Below, piece after piece: positions 9,017 to 18,105 of a stretch of DNA of 64,000 bases (position 1 is the stretch's first letter; the number at the start of each line of letters is the position of its first letter). The DNA is taken from sequence record OR352938.1; one strand, written 5' to 3'. The DNA comes from Escherichia phage AV108. The translations under genes and the position numbers were made by a program. Under the pieces are notes generated by a model. It did no database searches, was not told the DNA's origin, and saw only the letters and a program-made list of their open reading frames with translations.

Positions 9017-9816
9017 TAACCCTTCTTATATTCGCAAACATATTGAGTACCATAATCATAGCTAATGCGACCTTTCTCGATGACTTCAAAGCGGATTTCA
9101 TCGTTTTCCCCTACCCACATTTTGTACTCGTTGAAGTATCCTGCTACATCCGGTTTGCTCATACCAACAACCATATTTTTATATTGTTTGCTGCGTGTCA
9201 GATTTGATTTAAACACTTCGCGCTCATCAACATATACGAAAGAAGACAATTCACCTTCGGTCATGGTCATTTTCAGCTTGCCGCCCTTATTGCCATAAGT
9301 AGAGTTGCCATACAATGGATCTTTGCGGCTGTCTGTTTCAATACCATCAATGATTTTCCATGTAAATTTTGCAATGCACTGATAAGTGATAGATCCAGAG
9401 ATTTTCTCTTCTTTCTTCTGTTCTTCCACCACTTTTTCTTCCTGTTTCGGTTGTTCTTCTTCAACCTTCGCAGAAGTCTCTGAATCGCTTTCTGACGCGG
9501 TTTCTTCTTTAGGTAATACATTCATCAAGTTTTGGATTTGAGCGTTGTATACAGCCTCCAGTGGCTGAATCTGCCCGATATTGATCATTGTGTCACGAAC
9601 AGTTTTATTCCAGTTTCGTTGCTCTTGTTTCAGAGACGGATCAATCTTAACAGCCTTAACATACACCTCATGAAGTTTAGAGTCCAGTGCGGAGATAGAC
9701 TCATTAGCACAAATAAACTTCTCTGATTTGGTAGTAGCTTTAGCGCAATCAAAGGACGCAGCGTTAGCACCGAAAGCAGTAGCAGAAAGAACGATAGCAG
9801 CGATAATGTTTTTCAT
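9016..9816 (-). CDS. secreted protein with LprI/DUF1311-like N-terminal domain
   Basis: Signal peptide MKNIIAAIVLSATAFGANA; mature N-terminus FDCAKATTKSEKFICANESISALDSKLHEVY fits the lysozyme-inhibitor LprI-type motif. Confidence 0.55.
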   Translation of the reverse strand: MKNIIAAIVLSATAFGANAASFDCAKATTKSEKFICANESISALDSKLHEVYVKAVKIDPSLKQEQRNWNKTVRDTMINIGQIQPLEAVYNAQIQNLMNVLPKEETASESDSETSAKVEEEQPKQEEKVVEEQKKEEKISGSITYQCIAKFTWKIIDGIETDSRKDPLYGNSTYGNKGGKLKMTMTEGELSSFVYVDEREVFKSNLTRSKQYKNMVVGMSKPDVAGYFNEYKMWVGENDEIRFEVIEKGRISYDYGTQYVCEYKKG

Positions 9817-9843
9817 AATATATTCCTCAATGTTTTTCTTGAT

Positions 9844-9878
9844 GGGAGTATCTTACTACTCCCTTAATCCGGTGTCAA
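9844..9878 (-). promoter_or_regulatory. sigma70-type early promoter with stem-loop over the -10 (PeSL-like)
   Basis: Leftward TTGACA-N17-TAAGAT; inverted repeat gggagta/tactccc flanks the -10. Confidence 0.6.
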
Positions 9879-9885
9879 CTACTTT

Positions 9886-10098
9886 TTAATTTTTACCCGC
9901 TCGTGCATTAATACGCATTTTCTGCATAGCCATGATCTGGTTTACTGCTTCTTCTTTACGTTCTTGCGTGATAACGTGACCAGATTCAGCAAACTCTCCC
10001 GCAACTTCTTCTACGATCTCGCGAACTTGAGAACGTCCAAAGATGCGGTTTCCTTCGTAGCTCATAAATTCAGTCACTACTTGCTCAATAGATTTCAT
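9886..10098 (-). CDS. hypothetical protein
   Basis: About 70 aa from MKSIEQ with AAGGAG RBS; the track ORF begins inside the promoter. Confidence 0.4.
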   Translation of the reverse strand: MKSIEQVVTEFMSYEGNRIFGRSQVREIVEEVAGEFAESGHVITQERKEEAVNQIMAMQKMRINARAGKN

Positions 10099-10121
10099 GT
10101 GATTCTCCTTTAGTTTGGTAT

Positions 10122-10156
10122 GGGAGTATAATACTACTCCCATTTCTTTACGTCAA
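10122..10156 (-). promoter_or_regulatory. sigma70-type early promoter with stem-loop (PeSL-like)
   Basis: TTGACG-N17-TATTAT leftward; hairpin gggagta-taatac-tactccc. Confidence 0.6.
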
Positions 10157-10159
10157 CAA

Positions 10160-10321
10160 CTATTTTAAATTATTTTCGACCTTCATCCATTCCGCGTATT
10201 CTTGCGCGGCTACTTTCGGATTTAGTCCGTCTTCGTACATTGCTTCAAGTAATTCTTCGTCGGTGGGCTTATATCCTAGATAAGCCTCCACCTGATTTTT
10301 CCAAATTTTATACCAGTTCAT
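10160..10321 (-). CDS. hypothetical protein
   Basis: About 53 aa from MNWYKIW; the track ORF overlaps the upstream gene. Confidence 0.3.
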   Translation of the reverse strand: MNWYKIWKNQVEAYLGYKPTDEELLEAMYEDGLNPKVAAQEYAEWMKVENNLK

Positions 10322-10325
10322 ATTA

Positions 10326-10598
10326 TCACCAATCAAGAGCGCGTGTCTCTGCGTCTTCCCATGCTTGATCCATAACAGCCTTGAAAACATATTCTAGAGT
10401 ATCATCTTTAGAGAATCCGAAGACCTTAGACGGGATATCTTCAATTGCTACTCCCGCAACTTCTGCATTACGCGCTTGGCAATAATGCAACTCTAAGTTA
10501 TCGAGATAGCGACCGCCTAATTTATCCATATCATCCCAGCATTTCCAGTAACCTACTTGATCTGCAATTGCTAACACTTTGCTGTTTTTGTTGCTCAT
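10326..10598 (-). CDS. hypothetical protein
   Basis: About 90 aa from MSNKNSKV; RBS upstream. Confidence 0.4.
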   Translation of the reverse strand: MSNKNSKVLAIADQVGYWKCWDDMDKLGGRYLDNLELHYCQARNAEVAGVAIEDIPSKVFGFSKDDTLEYVFKAVMDQAWEDAETRALDW

Positions 10599-10629
10599 CT
10601 TTGATTCTCCTTTTGTTTGGTATGGGTGT

Positions 10630-10658
10630 ATTATGCAATGCTGGATTTGTGAAGTCAA
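10630..10658 (-). promoter_or_regulatory. sigma70-type early promoter
   Basis: TTGACT-N17-CATAAT leftward, directly downstream of a terminator. Confidence 0.55.
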
Positions 10659-10671
10659 CAACTTTTTAAAA

Positions 10672-10698
10672 TAAAAAAGCCGACCACAAGGATCGGCT
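10672..10698 (-). terminator. intrinsic terminator
   Basis: Hairpin gccgacc-acaa-ggatcggc with flanking T-run on the leftward strand. Confidence 0.6.
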
Positions 10699-10708
10699 TA
10701 ATAATCAG

Positions 10709-11101
10709 TTACTTACTAAATTTCTTTTTGGCTTCGTCTACTGCATGAGATGCCAGTACCGCAGCCGCATGTGCACTTTTATCTGTGTTACATAGAACAC
10801 CCAGATAAACATCACGCCAAAGTTTAATCATCTCGTAGATCATATCAATATCATTTTCTTGTTTGTTGGTGATGCTATTCGTCGTTATCTGGTAAGGTAA
10901 CGGCTTAATCTGTACTGGTTCCGCCATCGGGCTAAACGGTTTCTGATCAGTCATCGGATTAATTGGTGGCGATGTTTTCCATACGTCATTATTCCACGGT
11001 TTAATCGTTGTATCGTAAAGTTTATAAGGATTTTTGTCCGGGTCAACCATCCATGCATGATGAGTACCCAAACCATTTGAAGTGATGCGTCGTTCAGTCA
11101 T
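10709..11101 (-). CDS. hypothetical protein
   Basis: 130-aa ORF; proline-rich middle; no motif recognised. Confidence 0.4.
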   Translation of the reverse strand: MTERRITSNGLGTHHAWMVDPDKNPYKLYDTTIKPWNNDVWKTSPPINPMTDQKPFSPMAEPVQIKPLPYQITTNSITNKQENDIDMIYEMIKLWRDVYLGVLCNTDKSAHAAAVLASHAVDEAKKKFSK

Positions 11102-11104
11102 AAT

Positions 11105-11308
11105 TTATTTCCTCTCTGAAAATTCTTTCATCAAGCTGTCGATCTTTGCTCTGTGTTCTGGTGTGTTTGTTATCTCTGCTAACTTATTCAGAGATTCAAT
11201 AGTGATCCGGTTGGCTTCTTCCATAGTCTCAACGACCATTGGCACAATCTTTTTATTGTTGTACACAAATGCAATATAACCGCCTTCTGGATATTCTTTC
11301 ATAATCAA
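11105..11308 (-). CDS. hypothetical protein
   Basis: 67-aa ORF directly downstream of gene 52. Confidence 0.4.
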   Translation of the reverse strand: MIMKEYPEGGYIAFVYNNKKIVPMVVETMEEANRITIESLNKLAEITNTPEHRAKIDSLMKEFSERK

Positions 11309-12666
11309 CCCTTCTTAAGTTCTTTAAGATCTTTCTTATATTCCTTCATTGCTGTCGTCTTTGTCCAATACTCATATTCACTATGATGTTTATCGGCATC
11401 TTTGACCAGTCGATCATACTCTTCTTGAGTAACGCTATACAATGGCATAGAAACTAGCTTATCGGCGTATGGACGCAGTTTTTCGTGTCCATTGATGGAT
11501 TGCATTACCTCGGCCTTTTTCTTGCCCTGTAGCTCGATTTCGCCCTTAATTACGCGGTCGATAAATTCAGCTTTAGCCATTGCATAATTGTATGCTTCCA
11601 GCGTTTCCGCTTGCATCAATTCAATGCGTTTATCTACATAGCCTAATCGGATTTCGACGAATCGACGGATCAGATCGCTCGCTTTCTCGAATACTTCTAC
11701 TAAACCACGTTCGTTAACTACTACGATATTCTGGGCTACTAACTGCGTTAGTTTAAAATCCTTCATGATTTGCTCATGTCGAGCGGATTCATCTTCGCTT
11801 TTGAAATAATCGCGTTTCAGTGTTACTTCAAATCTGAATCCGTCCTTAGAGCAACGGTCATTATACGATACAATCAGATCTTTTTCTTCCAGTGCATCAA
11901 GTACCGCTACATATTCTTCACGGTCGAACTTATAAGGAACTTCTGATATTGTCAGCTTAGTCTTGCCGTTTAGTTCATATGTACCCTCAAGAATCACACC
12001 ATCGCGATCATCTCGCGGGATAACTTTACCCGTGAATTTCGGGAATTGAACACTAGGTTCTTTATCCAGTTTTCCGGCAAGTGCTAGCTCTGTGCATTCA
12101 ATGAGGCTTTCCAGTGAATGCGGTAAAATGTCAGTTTTATACCCTGTAGCAATACCACTAATACCATTAGCCAATACCATTGGCACAACTGGCAAGTAGA
12201 ACGCTGGCGGGATGTGTTCCAGATCTTCGTGCTTGGGTGCGCAATTCATATCTTTATAGATTTTAAAGAAGTTTTCATGCACGCGAGCAAAGATATAACG
12301 TGCCGCACCTGCTTTCTGGACTAAACGCGATCCGAAGTTACCTTGACCGTCAAGCAGTGGAGTATTATTGCTCCATGTATTCGCCATAAGTGATCCGGCT
12401 TCTACGGCATTAGTTTCCCCGTGGTGATACCCCAACTCAGCGACACCAGATCCAATATCTGCCATCTTACGGAATTTCTTACGGTCGCCTTTACTCTTTT
12501 GCAAAGCACATTCCATAACAAAGCGTTGCACTGGTTTAAGACCATCAACTAATTGAGGAATCCCGCGTTCCTCAGCAGAATAGATCGCATATTCCTTAGC
12601 TTCATTATGTACAATGCTTTCAAAGCTGCGGTAAGTAACTGATTTATTCATCTTCACCTCATACAC
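11305..12666 (-). CDS. 52: DNA topoisomerase II medium subunit (GyrA-like)
   Basis: GLKPVQRF, HHGE, DGQGNFGS motifs typical of the GyrA/ParC N-terminal domain; T4 gp52 size. Confidence 0.9.
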   Translation of the reverse strand: MYEVKMNKSVTYRSFESIVHNEAKEYAIYSAEERGIPQLVDGLKPVQRFVMECALQKSKGDRKKFRKMADIGSGVAELGYHHGETNAVEAGSLMANTWSNNTPLLDGQGNFGSRLVQKAGAARYIFARVHENFFKIYKDMNCAPKHEDLEHIPPAFYLPVVPMVLANGISGIATGYKTDILPHSLESLIECTELALAGKLDKEPSVQFPKFTGKVIPRDDRDGVILEGTYELNGKTKLTISEVPYKFDREEYVAVLDALEEKDLIVSYNDRCSKDGFRFEVTLKRDYFKSEDESARHEQIMKDFKLTQLVAQNIVVVNERGLVEVFEKASDLIRRFVEIRLGYVDKRIELMQAETLEAYNYAMAKAEFIDRVIKGEIELQGKKKAEVMQSINGHEKLRPYADKLVSMPLYSVTQEEYDRLVKDADKHHSEYEYWTKTTAMKEYKKDLKELKKG

Positions 12667-13021
12667 GCTTACAAATCACATTCTTTACTTTATCAGATTT
12701 ATCAGCCCAATCCAATAGCCATTTTAACGGAAGGATTGAAACAATAAACGGGGCAGCAATCAAAGCAAACATGATACACCGGATAATCAGGAAAGTGCAA
12801 GTAACAAAGCTAGCGATACTGATCCCGACAAAACAAAATACCATAGAAAACAGAGTAATGATATAGAAAGGCCAGAATACCCACTCCCGCATCTTAACGC
12901 CTTTGTATTCTCTGAATTGCTTAAAATCTACAAACAACTCTCGGATAGACGCGTACAGGACCGAAAAATCATCTTTCATTGCTCTGAATGAGCAATCTTC
13001 TATTTTAGAATGACCTAGCAT
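12659..13021 (-). CDS. hypothetical membrane protein
   Basis: 120 aa with two to three hydrophobic segments. Confidence 0.4.
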   Translation of the reverse strand: MLGHSKIEDCSFRAMKDDFSVLYASIRELFVDFKQFREYKGVKMREWVFWPFYIITLFSMVFCFVGISIASFVTCTFLIIRCIMFALIAAPFIVSILPLKWLLDWADKSDKVKNVICKRV

Positions 13022-13023
13022 TA

Positions 13024-13317
13024 TTAACCGCCTTTCATCATTGATACTGGAATTGTTTTCTGATTTGTGTATAATTGGCCTACTTCAATTTTTTCTTGAA
13101 TCACCACGACGTTACAATATCCACTATCTTTAAGTTTTCTGATAATGACTCGCTTTTGTTCGTCGGTGATAGGATTGACTGTTCTCACCAATTCACCGCA
13201 AATAATAGCACCATCTTTACAATTACCAGTAACTTTCATGCTACGACCGTGAACAACAACCACATCACCGTAAATCACATTTTCGTCGTCGTATTTGGTA
13301 ATAACCGTGACCGTCAT
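13024..13317 (-). CDS. hypothetical protein
   Basis: 97-aa ORF with GAGGG RBS. Confidence 0.4.
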   Translation of the reverse strand: MTVTVITKYDDENVIYGDVVVVHGRSMKVTGNCKDGAIICGELVRTVNPITDEQKRVIIRKLKDSGYCNVVVIQEKIEVGQLYTNQKTIPVSMMKGG

Positions 13318-13336
13318 AATGTATTCCCTCTAAGAA

Positions 13337-13354
13337 AGGCCGCGCAAAGCGGCC
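13337..13354 (-). terminator. hairpin terminator or attenuator
   Basis: ggccgc-gcaaa-gcggcc hairpin between leftward genes. Confidence 0.4.
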
Positions 13355-13362
13355 TATGTTTA

Positions 13363-13695
13363 TTATTGTTCTACAGTATAACCGTTGTTTTCAAGCCATG
13401 CAATAACAATCTTTTCGCCAATTTCATCGAGCATTTCATCAGAGCCATATTCTTTGATGAAAATCGATGGATCGTTATTGCTTACTACGTGCTGGATCAC
13501 AACATGTTCAGGAATTGCGTCTAGCAGTTCGCTATGATCATACTCATTAACGATATCTTCAACACTAACATTATTAACCAAATCAACATCATCCATAGTC
13601 ACAGTAACGCGACCGGACGGACGCAATGAATATTGGCTACTTTCAACTTCAACATGTGCACTTTCGCAAGTAACTTTCATATCAACCATAATCAA
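13363..13695 (-). CDS. hypothetical acidic protein
   Basis: 110-aa ORF. Confidence 0.4.
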   Translation of the reverse strand: MIMVDMKVTCESAHVEVESSQYSLRPSGRVTVTMDDVDLVNNVSVEDIVNEYDHSELLDAIPEHVVIQHVVSNNDPSIFIKEYGSDEMLDEIGEKIVIAWLENNGYTVEQ

Positions 13696-13703
13696 TTCCT
13701 CTG

Positions 13704-14705
13704 TTAGTAATGGCTAAAACCTTCGGTCACATCTTCAACCACATAGTAACGATGACAGCGCATTTTGGCATTTGCATAATCTTTCGGGATACTTACAACG
13801 TGACGCGGATCAACTTTGCATTTAATGATTCGGCCTCGTCCACCGCCATAGTGAGGAATATAGTGTTTCGCTGCAACGTGGAGGCCATTAGAGCAAGTGC
13901 GATCATCATCTGGGTCCACGTCTTTACGCTTCATTTTAACCGTGCGCCCTGGGCTATTATCAAACGTATGCGTAAAGAAATCTTTATAATCAACATCAAC
14001 ACGTTTCCATGCATAGAAACAACCATCTTCCCCGATCTCAATGTCGTTGTGCTCTAAGAAGTCAAACAGACGATCTACGGCCTTACGGCTAGGGTTTTTC
14101 TTGCACTTCTCAAAGAAGTTCAGATAGTGCGTATATGGCTTATTCTCTTTAATCGACTCCACAACTCGACGAGTCAGATTATTATCAAGAACAATATTAT
14201 GATAATACACAATACCATTTTCGATACGGAAAGCGCCGTGATAATATACTTCAACCGCTTTCTTAATGTCAATCAGCGTAATTGCTTTAATAAAATCATT
14301 CTGCTTAACTGCTTCCAGTGCTTCATTAAAGTTAACATGCGACGGATCAGCAGTATAAACAATGTCACCACATGTAATAGTAATAAACTTAGTTGAGGCT
14401 ATTGCTACGATTTTTGAGGAAGTAGTCACGGGCTTTTTTGCGCGTTCACCGCCTTTTCCTTTACTGGTTTTACGGCGTGCTTTACGTTTTTCTAGTGCCT
14501 TGCGGCCTTCCGCTACTGCGTCTTTCTGGATCAATAATACACGGGAGGCAGTGCGACGAGATACACCAAATGCTGCCGCAAGTGCTTCGCGGGTAGTAAA
14601 CTTACCTTCGCCCCACTGTTTAGCCAGTTTGATTTGTTTCGCAGAATCCAGGCATTGAACGTTACGGTCAGAGACGGTGATTTTTGCTTTAGTCATAGTA
14701 TTCAT
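13704..14705 (-). CDS. rIIB: rIIB protein
   Basis: Strong match to T4 rIIB (SRKAVDRLFDFLEHNDIEIGEDGCFYAWK; CSNGLHVAAKHYI; VVSIPKDYANAKMR; VVEDVTE). Confidence 0.85.
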   Translation of the reverse strand: MNTMTKAKITVSDRNVQCLDSAKQIKLAKQWGEGKFTTREALAAAFGVSRRTASRVLLIQKDAVAEGRKALEKRKARRKTSKGKGGERAKKPVTTSSKIVAIASTKFITITCGDIVYTADPSHVNFNEALEAVKQNDFIKAITLIDIKKAVEVYYHGAFRIENGIVYYHNIVLDNNLTRRVVESIKENKPYTHYLNFFEKCKKNPSRKAVDRLFDFLEHNDIEIGEDGCFYAWKRVDVDYKDFFTHTFDNSPGRTVKMKRKDVDPDDDRTCSNGLHVAAKHYIPHYGGGRGRIIKCKVDPRHVVSIPKDYANAKMRCHRYYVVEDVTEGFSHY

Positions 14706-14761
14706 TCCTCTATTAGTTGGGCGACTATCGCCGCCCGATTCACATCATTATACCAGAATTA

Positions 14762-14890
14762 TTTTGCTTCGACAACCTTTCGGATTGTGCGGTCTGATAC
14801 ATTATAGATTCGTGCCAGTTCGCCTTTAGTCAAGCCGCGAGCGTATTGTTTACGGATGGTTTCTTTCTGGATAGCGGTCAGTTTAGTCAT
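14762..14890 (-). CDS. small helix-turn-helix protein (43 aa)
   Basis: MTKLTAIQKETIRKQYARGLTKGELARIYNVSDRTIRKVVEAK; below the track cutoff; sits between rIIA and rIIB. Confidence 0.35.
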
Positions 14891-14901
14891 AATATCACCT
14901 C

Positions 14902-17010
14902 TTAAAATTTAACATTCTTAACCAGTTTCATAAAGTCTTGTGCGCGTTTGTCGTTATGCAGAATACGATACCAGTTATCTACAATATCATACAGTAACGG
15001 GCTATTATCTTTAAACTTCGCACAAACTGCTTTAATTCGTTCGTTTGCTGCCGTGAATTTTTCATCACAGATCTTTTTAGTTTCTTCGTCCATAATCCAA
15101 CGAGTATGAAGGAGTAACTTGGAAACCTCTTTATTATAATGACGACCGTACAGTCTGTCAATAAATTCTGGAACACAGCGTTCTAGTTCATCGTCATGAA
15201 ACAACATAGTGATCACACCCAGATATTCGCCATACCCCAGATGATTGGTCTTAACCTTCTTAGCCAGACCAGCCAGCTTACCGCGAACAAATTCTAGCGC
15301 ACATTCCAATTGTTCGTCAACGAGATATTTTTGTGTCTCGTTACGAGTAATAATATACTTTGTTACCCCGAAGTAGTCAAGCGCCGTGTGTAATGTATTT
15401 TCACTATAGATCGATTTACGACTACGGCTTTCGAATGCATCACCTACGCGGAACATGTGCAAGCCTGATAACTCGCGAATCTCTGCCGCTTTCATGTGAT
15501 GGCTGGTTTTATGCCAACTGTCACCAATCTTTTCCATAATATACACGTTAGGCAGCTTAGGAGTCGCTTCACGTTGTGTACGCTCGGTCTTCTCCGGTTT
15601 AACTGCTTTAGCACGCAGATCATCGGCCTCTGATACTTTAATAACGGTCATTTCAGAATCATCATAATACTGTTTGATGTACTCGAAAGTCTCCATATGT
15701 TTTTCGTTGTTCTGACGGAACACCAGTACCTTTTTATTGATGCCGTATTCCTGGACCATGCCGTTAAGAGTCAGTGCACGCAGTTTCGGTTTATCGGTAT
15801 CATCAATAAGACACGTAATATCTTCTTTATGCATCCATACAAAATGCGTAATATTGTATTGACTGCTAACGAAAGCAGGTCGCAATTTGCTGATTGTGTG
15901 TCGATGATGATACAGAGTATACACCTGACCTTCTACGTCATTAGGCGAATCTTTACCCGCATTCACAAACTTATTATAGATTGCTACCGGATCATCCCAC
16001 TGTCCGATCTTACCCATCTTGCTAATAATATTGCGTTGCGTCGATGAATACTCGCTCATAAATTGCGCAAGTTTACGCTCTGTTTTAATGTTGGCGATCT
16101 TCTCTTTAACCTTTTCCAACATCATTTCATTGATTTCTGCAATGCGTTTTTCGATGTTCGCTTTAGTCTCAATTGACAAGTGAACTTCTTCACGCGATGG
16201 CATCAGGTCCAGATCACCCAACTCAAAATTAATGTAAATGGTCTGGTGCTGGCGGTTTACAGCTTCTAACCATGTTCCGCGAACATATTCATACGGGATC
16301 GGATACTGGATCTTACCCATGATTGCATATACGACATAGGAATCGTTGTCACGCCCATTACACACATAATAATTATCAAAGCTAGGGAAATAATTAATTT
16401 CGATTGCATTGATATTTGGTTTGTGTTCCCCAAAGTGACGCAGTACAAATTGCGCTTCTCTATGCCATGTCTGAATATCTTTTTCTTTCACTGGAATAGT
16501 GATTTTCAGACCATTGTCTTCATAGGTCGGTTCGTCAAAAATCTGCACCATTTTCGGCATAGAGTTTTGCACAAATGCCGTAAAGCCATAAGCGCGACCA
16601 TTGTAATAGTTTACGATTGTAAAGGTGTCGGTATAGCTATAAGCAGACTTCGCACCCAAACCAAAAGACCCGATATAGTCATTAGTCTGGTCTTTTGTTG
16701 ATTCAAAGTAAACCGTAAACAGTTGTTCTAATTCTTTCTTAGACGGAATACCAGTACCATAATCACGCACAGAAAAATACGGTTCGATTGCAGTCGGTAA
16801 ATGAATATCAAACGGACGATCTAAGGTTCCGGCTTCTTTGTGAGTGTCGGTAGCATTGCACGAATACTCACGGACGCAAGCACGTTCACAATATTGATAA
16901 GTGTTCTTAGAAAGCACCATAAAAGCCTTGCTACTTGCTTTCAGTGAAAAATCAACCGCACCGCTCAAGTCACTGCCAAATACTTCTTCATTATCAATAT
17001 GCATTTTCAT
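14902..17010 (-). CDS. rIIA: rIIA protein (GHKL ATPase-like)
   Basis: 702 aa; Bergerat-fold motifs DYGTGIP and GSFGLGAKS; immediately upstream of rIIB as in T4. Confidence 0.85.
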   Translation of the reverse strand: MKMHIDNEEVFGSDLSGAVDFSLKASSKAFMVLSKNTYQYCERACVREYSCNATDTHKEAGTLDRPFDIHLPTAIEPYFSVRDYGTGIPSKKELEQLFTVYFESTKDQTNDYIGSFGLGAKSAYSYTDTFTIVNYYNGRAYGFTAFVQNSMPKMVQIFDEPTYEDNGLKITIPVKEKDIQTWHREAQFVLRHFGEHKPNINAIEINYFPSFDNYYVCNGRDNDSYVVYAIMGKIQYPIPYEYVRGTWLEAVNRQHQTIYINFELGDLDLMPSREEVHLSIETKANIEKRIAEINEMMLEKVKEKIANIKTERKLAQFMSEYSSTQRNIISKMGKIGQWDDPVAIYNKFVNAGKDSPNDVEGQVYTLYHHRHTISKLRPAFVSSQYNITHFVWMHKEDITCLIDDTDKPKLRALTLNGMVQEYGINKKVLVFRQNNEKHMETFEYIKQYYDDSEMTVIKVSEADDLRAKAVKPEKTERTQREATPKLPNVYIMEKIGDSWHKTSHHMKAAEIRELSGLHMFRVGDAFESRSRKSIYSENTLHTALDYFGVTKYIITRNETQKYLVDEQLECALEFVRGKLAGLAKKVKTNHLGYGEYLGVITMLFHDDELERCVPEFIDRLYGRHYNKEVSKLLLHTRWIMDEETKKICDEKFTAANERIKAVCAKFKDNSPLLYDIVDNWYRILHNDKRAQDFMKLVKNVKF

Positions 17011-17024
17011 AATATAATCCTCAC

Positions 17025-17282
17025 TTAATTAAAATCTTCTTTGTCCATCTCTGCGTAGATTGCATCCCACGCCCATAAATCAATAAACGCATTATATGTC
17101 ACGGTGCAATCGTTGTCAATCACTTCTTTCGCATATTTCTTGATGTTTTCGTAGGAAACTTGCGGATCAATTTTGTGTTTACGAAGGTGTGTATATTCAT
17201 ACCTCAAACATTTCATAAACAGGTCCATCGATTTCTTTTCTCGATGAGACTTGGCGATCAGAAAATCAAAACTTCGACTCAT
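17025..17282 (-). CDS. hypothetical protein
   Basis: 85-aa ORF upstream of rIIA. Confidence 0.4.
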   Translation of the reverse strand: MSRSFDFLIAKSHREKKSMDLFMKCLRYEYTHLRKHKIDPQVSYENIKKYAKEVIDNDCTVTYNAFIDLWAWDAIYAEMDKEDFN

Positions 17283-17292
17283 TTTCTACTCC

Positions 17293-17487
17293 TTATACAT
17301 TTTCAATCACCCATTGCAGATGGGCTTCTGCGTCAACCAGTTCAGCTCGGCTTTTCTCTAAGCACTTGCTGTATTCTTTACGTTCCCAATCAGCAATTTC
17401 GTTTTTCAGGACTTCTTCATAGTAAGCAATTACGCCTTTCAGGTCTGAAACTTTACGGCTTGCCAGTTCGATGTAATGGTTACGCAT
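17293..17487 (-). CDS. hypothetical protein
   Basis: 64-aa ORF with AAGGAG RBS. Confidence 0.35.
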   Translation of the reverse strand: MRNHYIELASRKVSDLKGVIAYYEEVLKNEIADWERKEYSKCLEKSRAELVDAEAHLQWVIENV

Positions 17488-17697
17488 TTTGATTCTCCTT
17501 TGTTACTAGATAACGAATTTGGTCTTGCATTGCGATCAGTTCCCAGCGTGCTACTTTCATCATAGAAACTGACTCTTTGAACATAATATTAGCTTTTTCC
17601 TTTTCCCCTGTCAAGTAGATTTCTGCAATTTTTCACAAAATTTTTGAGTTTCTTCATTCTTAAACGGTTTCATATAAGTCAACCTTTTGTTTTCGAT

Positions 17698-17732
17698 GGG
17701 GATATTATGATATATCCCCGATCCAGTGTCAA
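17698..17732 (-). promoter_or_regulatory. sigma70-type early promoter with stem-loop (PeSL-like)
   Basis: TTGACA-N17-CATAAT; 8-bp inverted repeat ggggatat/atatcccc encloses the -10; GATC adjacent. Confidence 0.55.
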
Positions 17733-17740
17733 CGGATTTT

Positions 17741-18040
17741 TTAATCTTTTTTCAGTGCATCCATTACTCGCTCTGCGATCAGTTCTCTTAAGCACTGATA
17801 ACCATGATATTTGATGGCAATGTCACGCAGATCATTAACCAGTTCCCGTACTTCATGGTCTTTCAGATCGTCTCTGTATTTCGATTTAATCGTATCTTTA
17901 GGTGGATTGCGGATAACCTGAAAACCTTGTTCTGCAATCACTGCGGCTTCGCGCTGGCGTTCATGTTGTACTGTATTTTTGATCAGGTCTGCTTCCATGA
18001 ACTTTGTCATACTCATCATCATGTTATTCTTTTTGCTCAT
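17741..18040 (-). CDS. hypothetical protein
   Basis: About 100 aa from MSKKNNMM with GAGG RBS. Confidence 0.4.
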   Translation of the reverse strand: MSKKNNMMMSMTKFMEADLIKNTVQHERQREAAVIAEQGFQVIRNPPKDTIKSKYRDDLKDHEVRELVNDLRDIAIKYHGYQCLRELIAERVMDALKKD

Positions 18041-18063
18041 TATTAAATCCTCATAAAAGAAAA

Positions 18064-18102
18064 GGGAGACTCCCATTATAGAGAATCTCCCTTGTATGTC
18101 AA
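18064..18102 (-). promoter_or_regulatory. sigma70-type early promoter with stem-loop
   Basis: TTGACA-N16-TATAAT; gggaga/tctccc inverted repeat around the -10; overlaps the 3' end of gene 39. Confidence 0.55.
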
Positions 18103-18105
18103 GTG

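Noticed and set aside
13075-13524. Rightward ORFs inside the leftward gene block (for example 13075-13524, 14127-14396, 18646-18951, 35010-35483, 42323-42835, 52851-53168)
   Set aside because: All lie antisense to well-supported leftward genes, have low-complexity translations and no RBS; judged shadow ORFs
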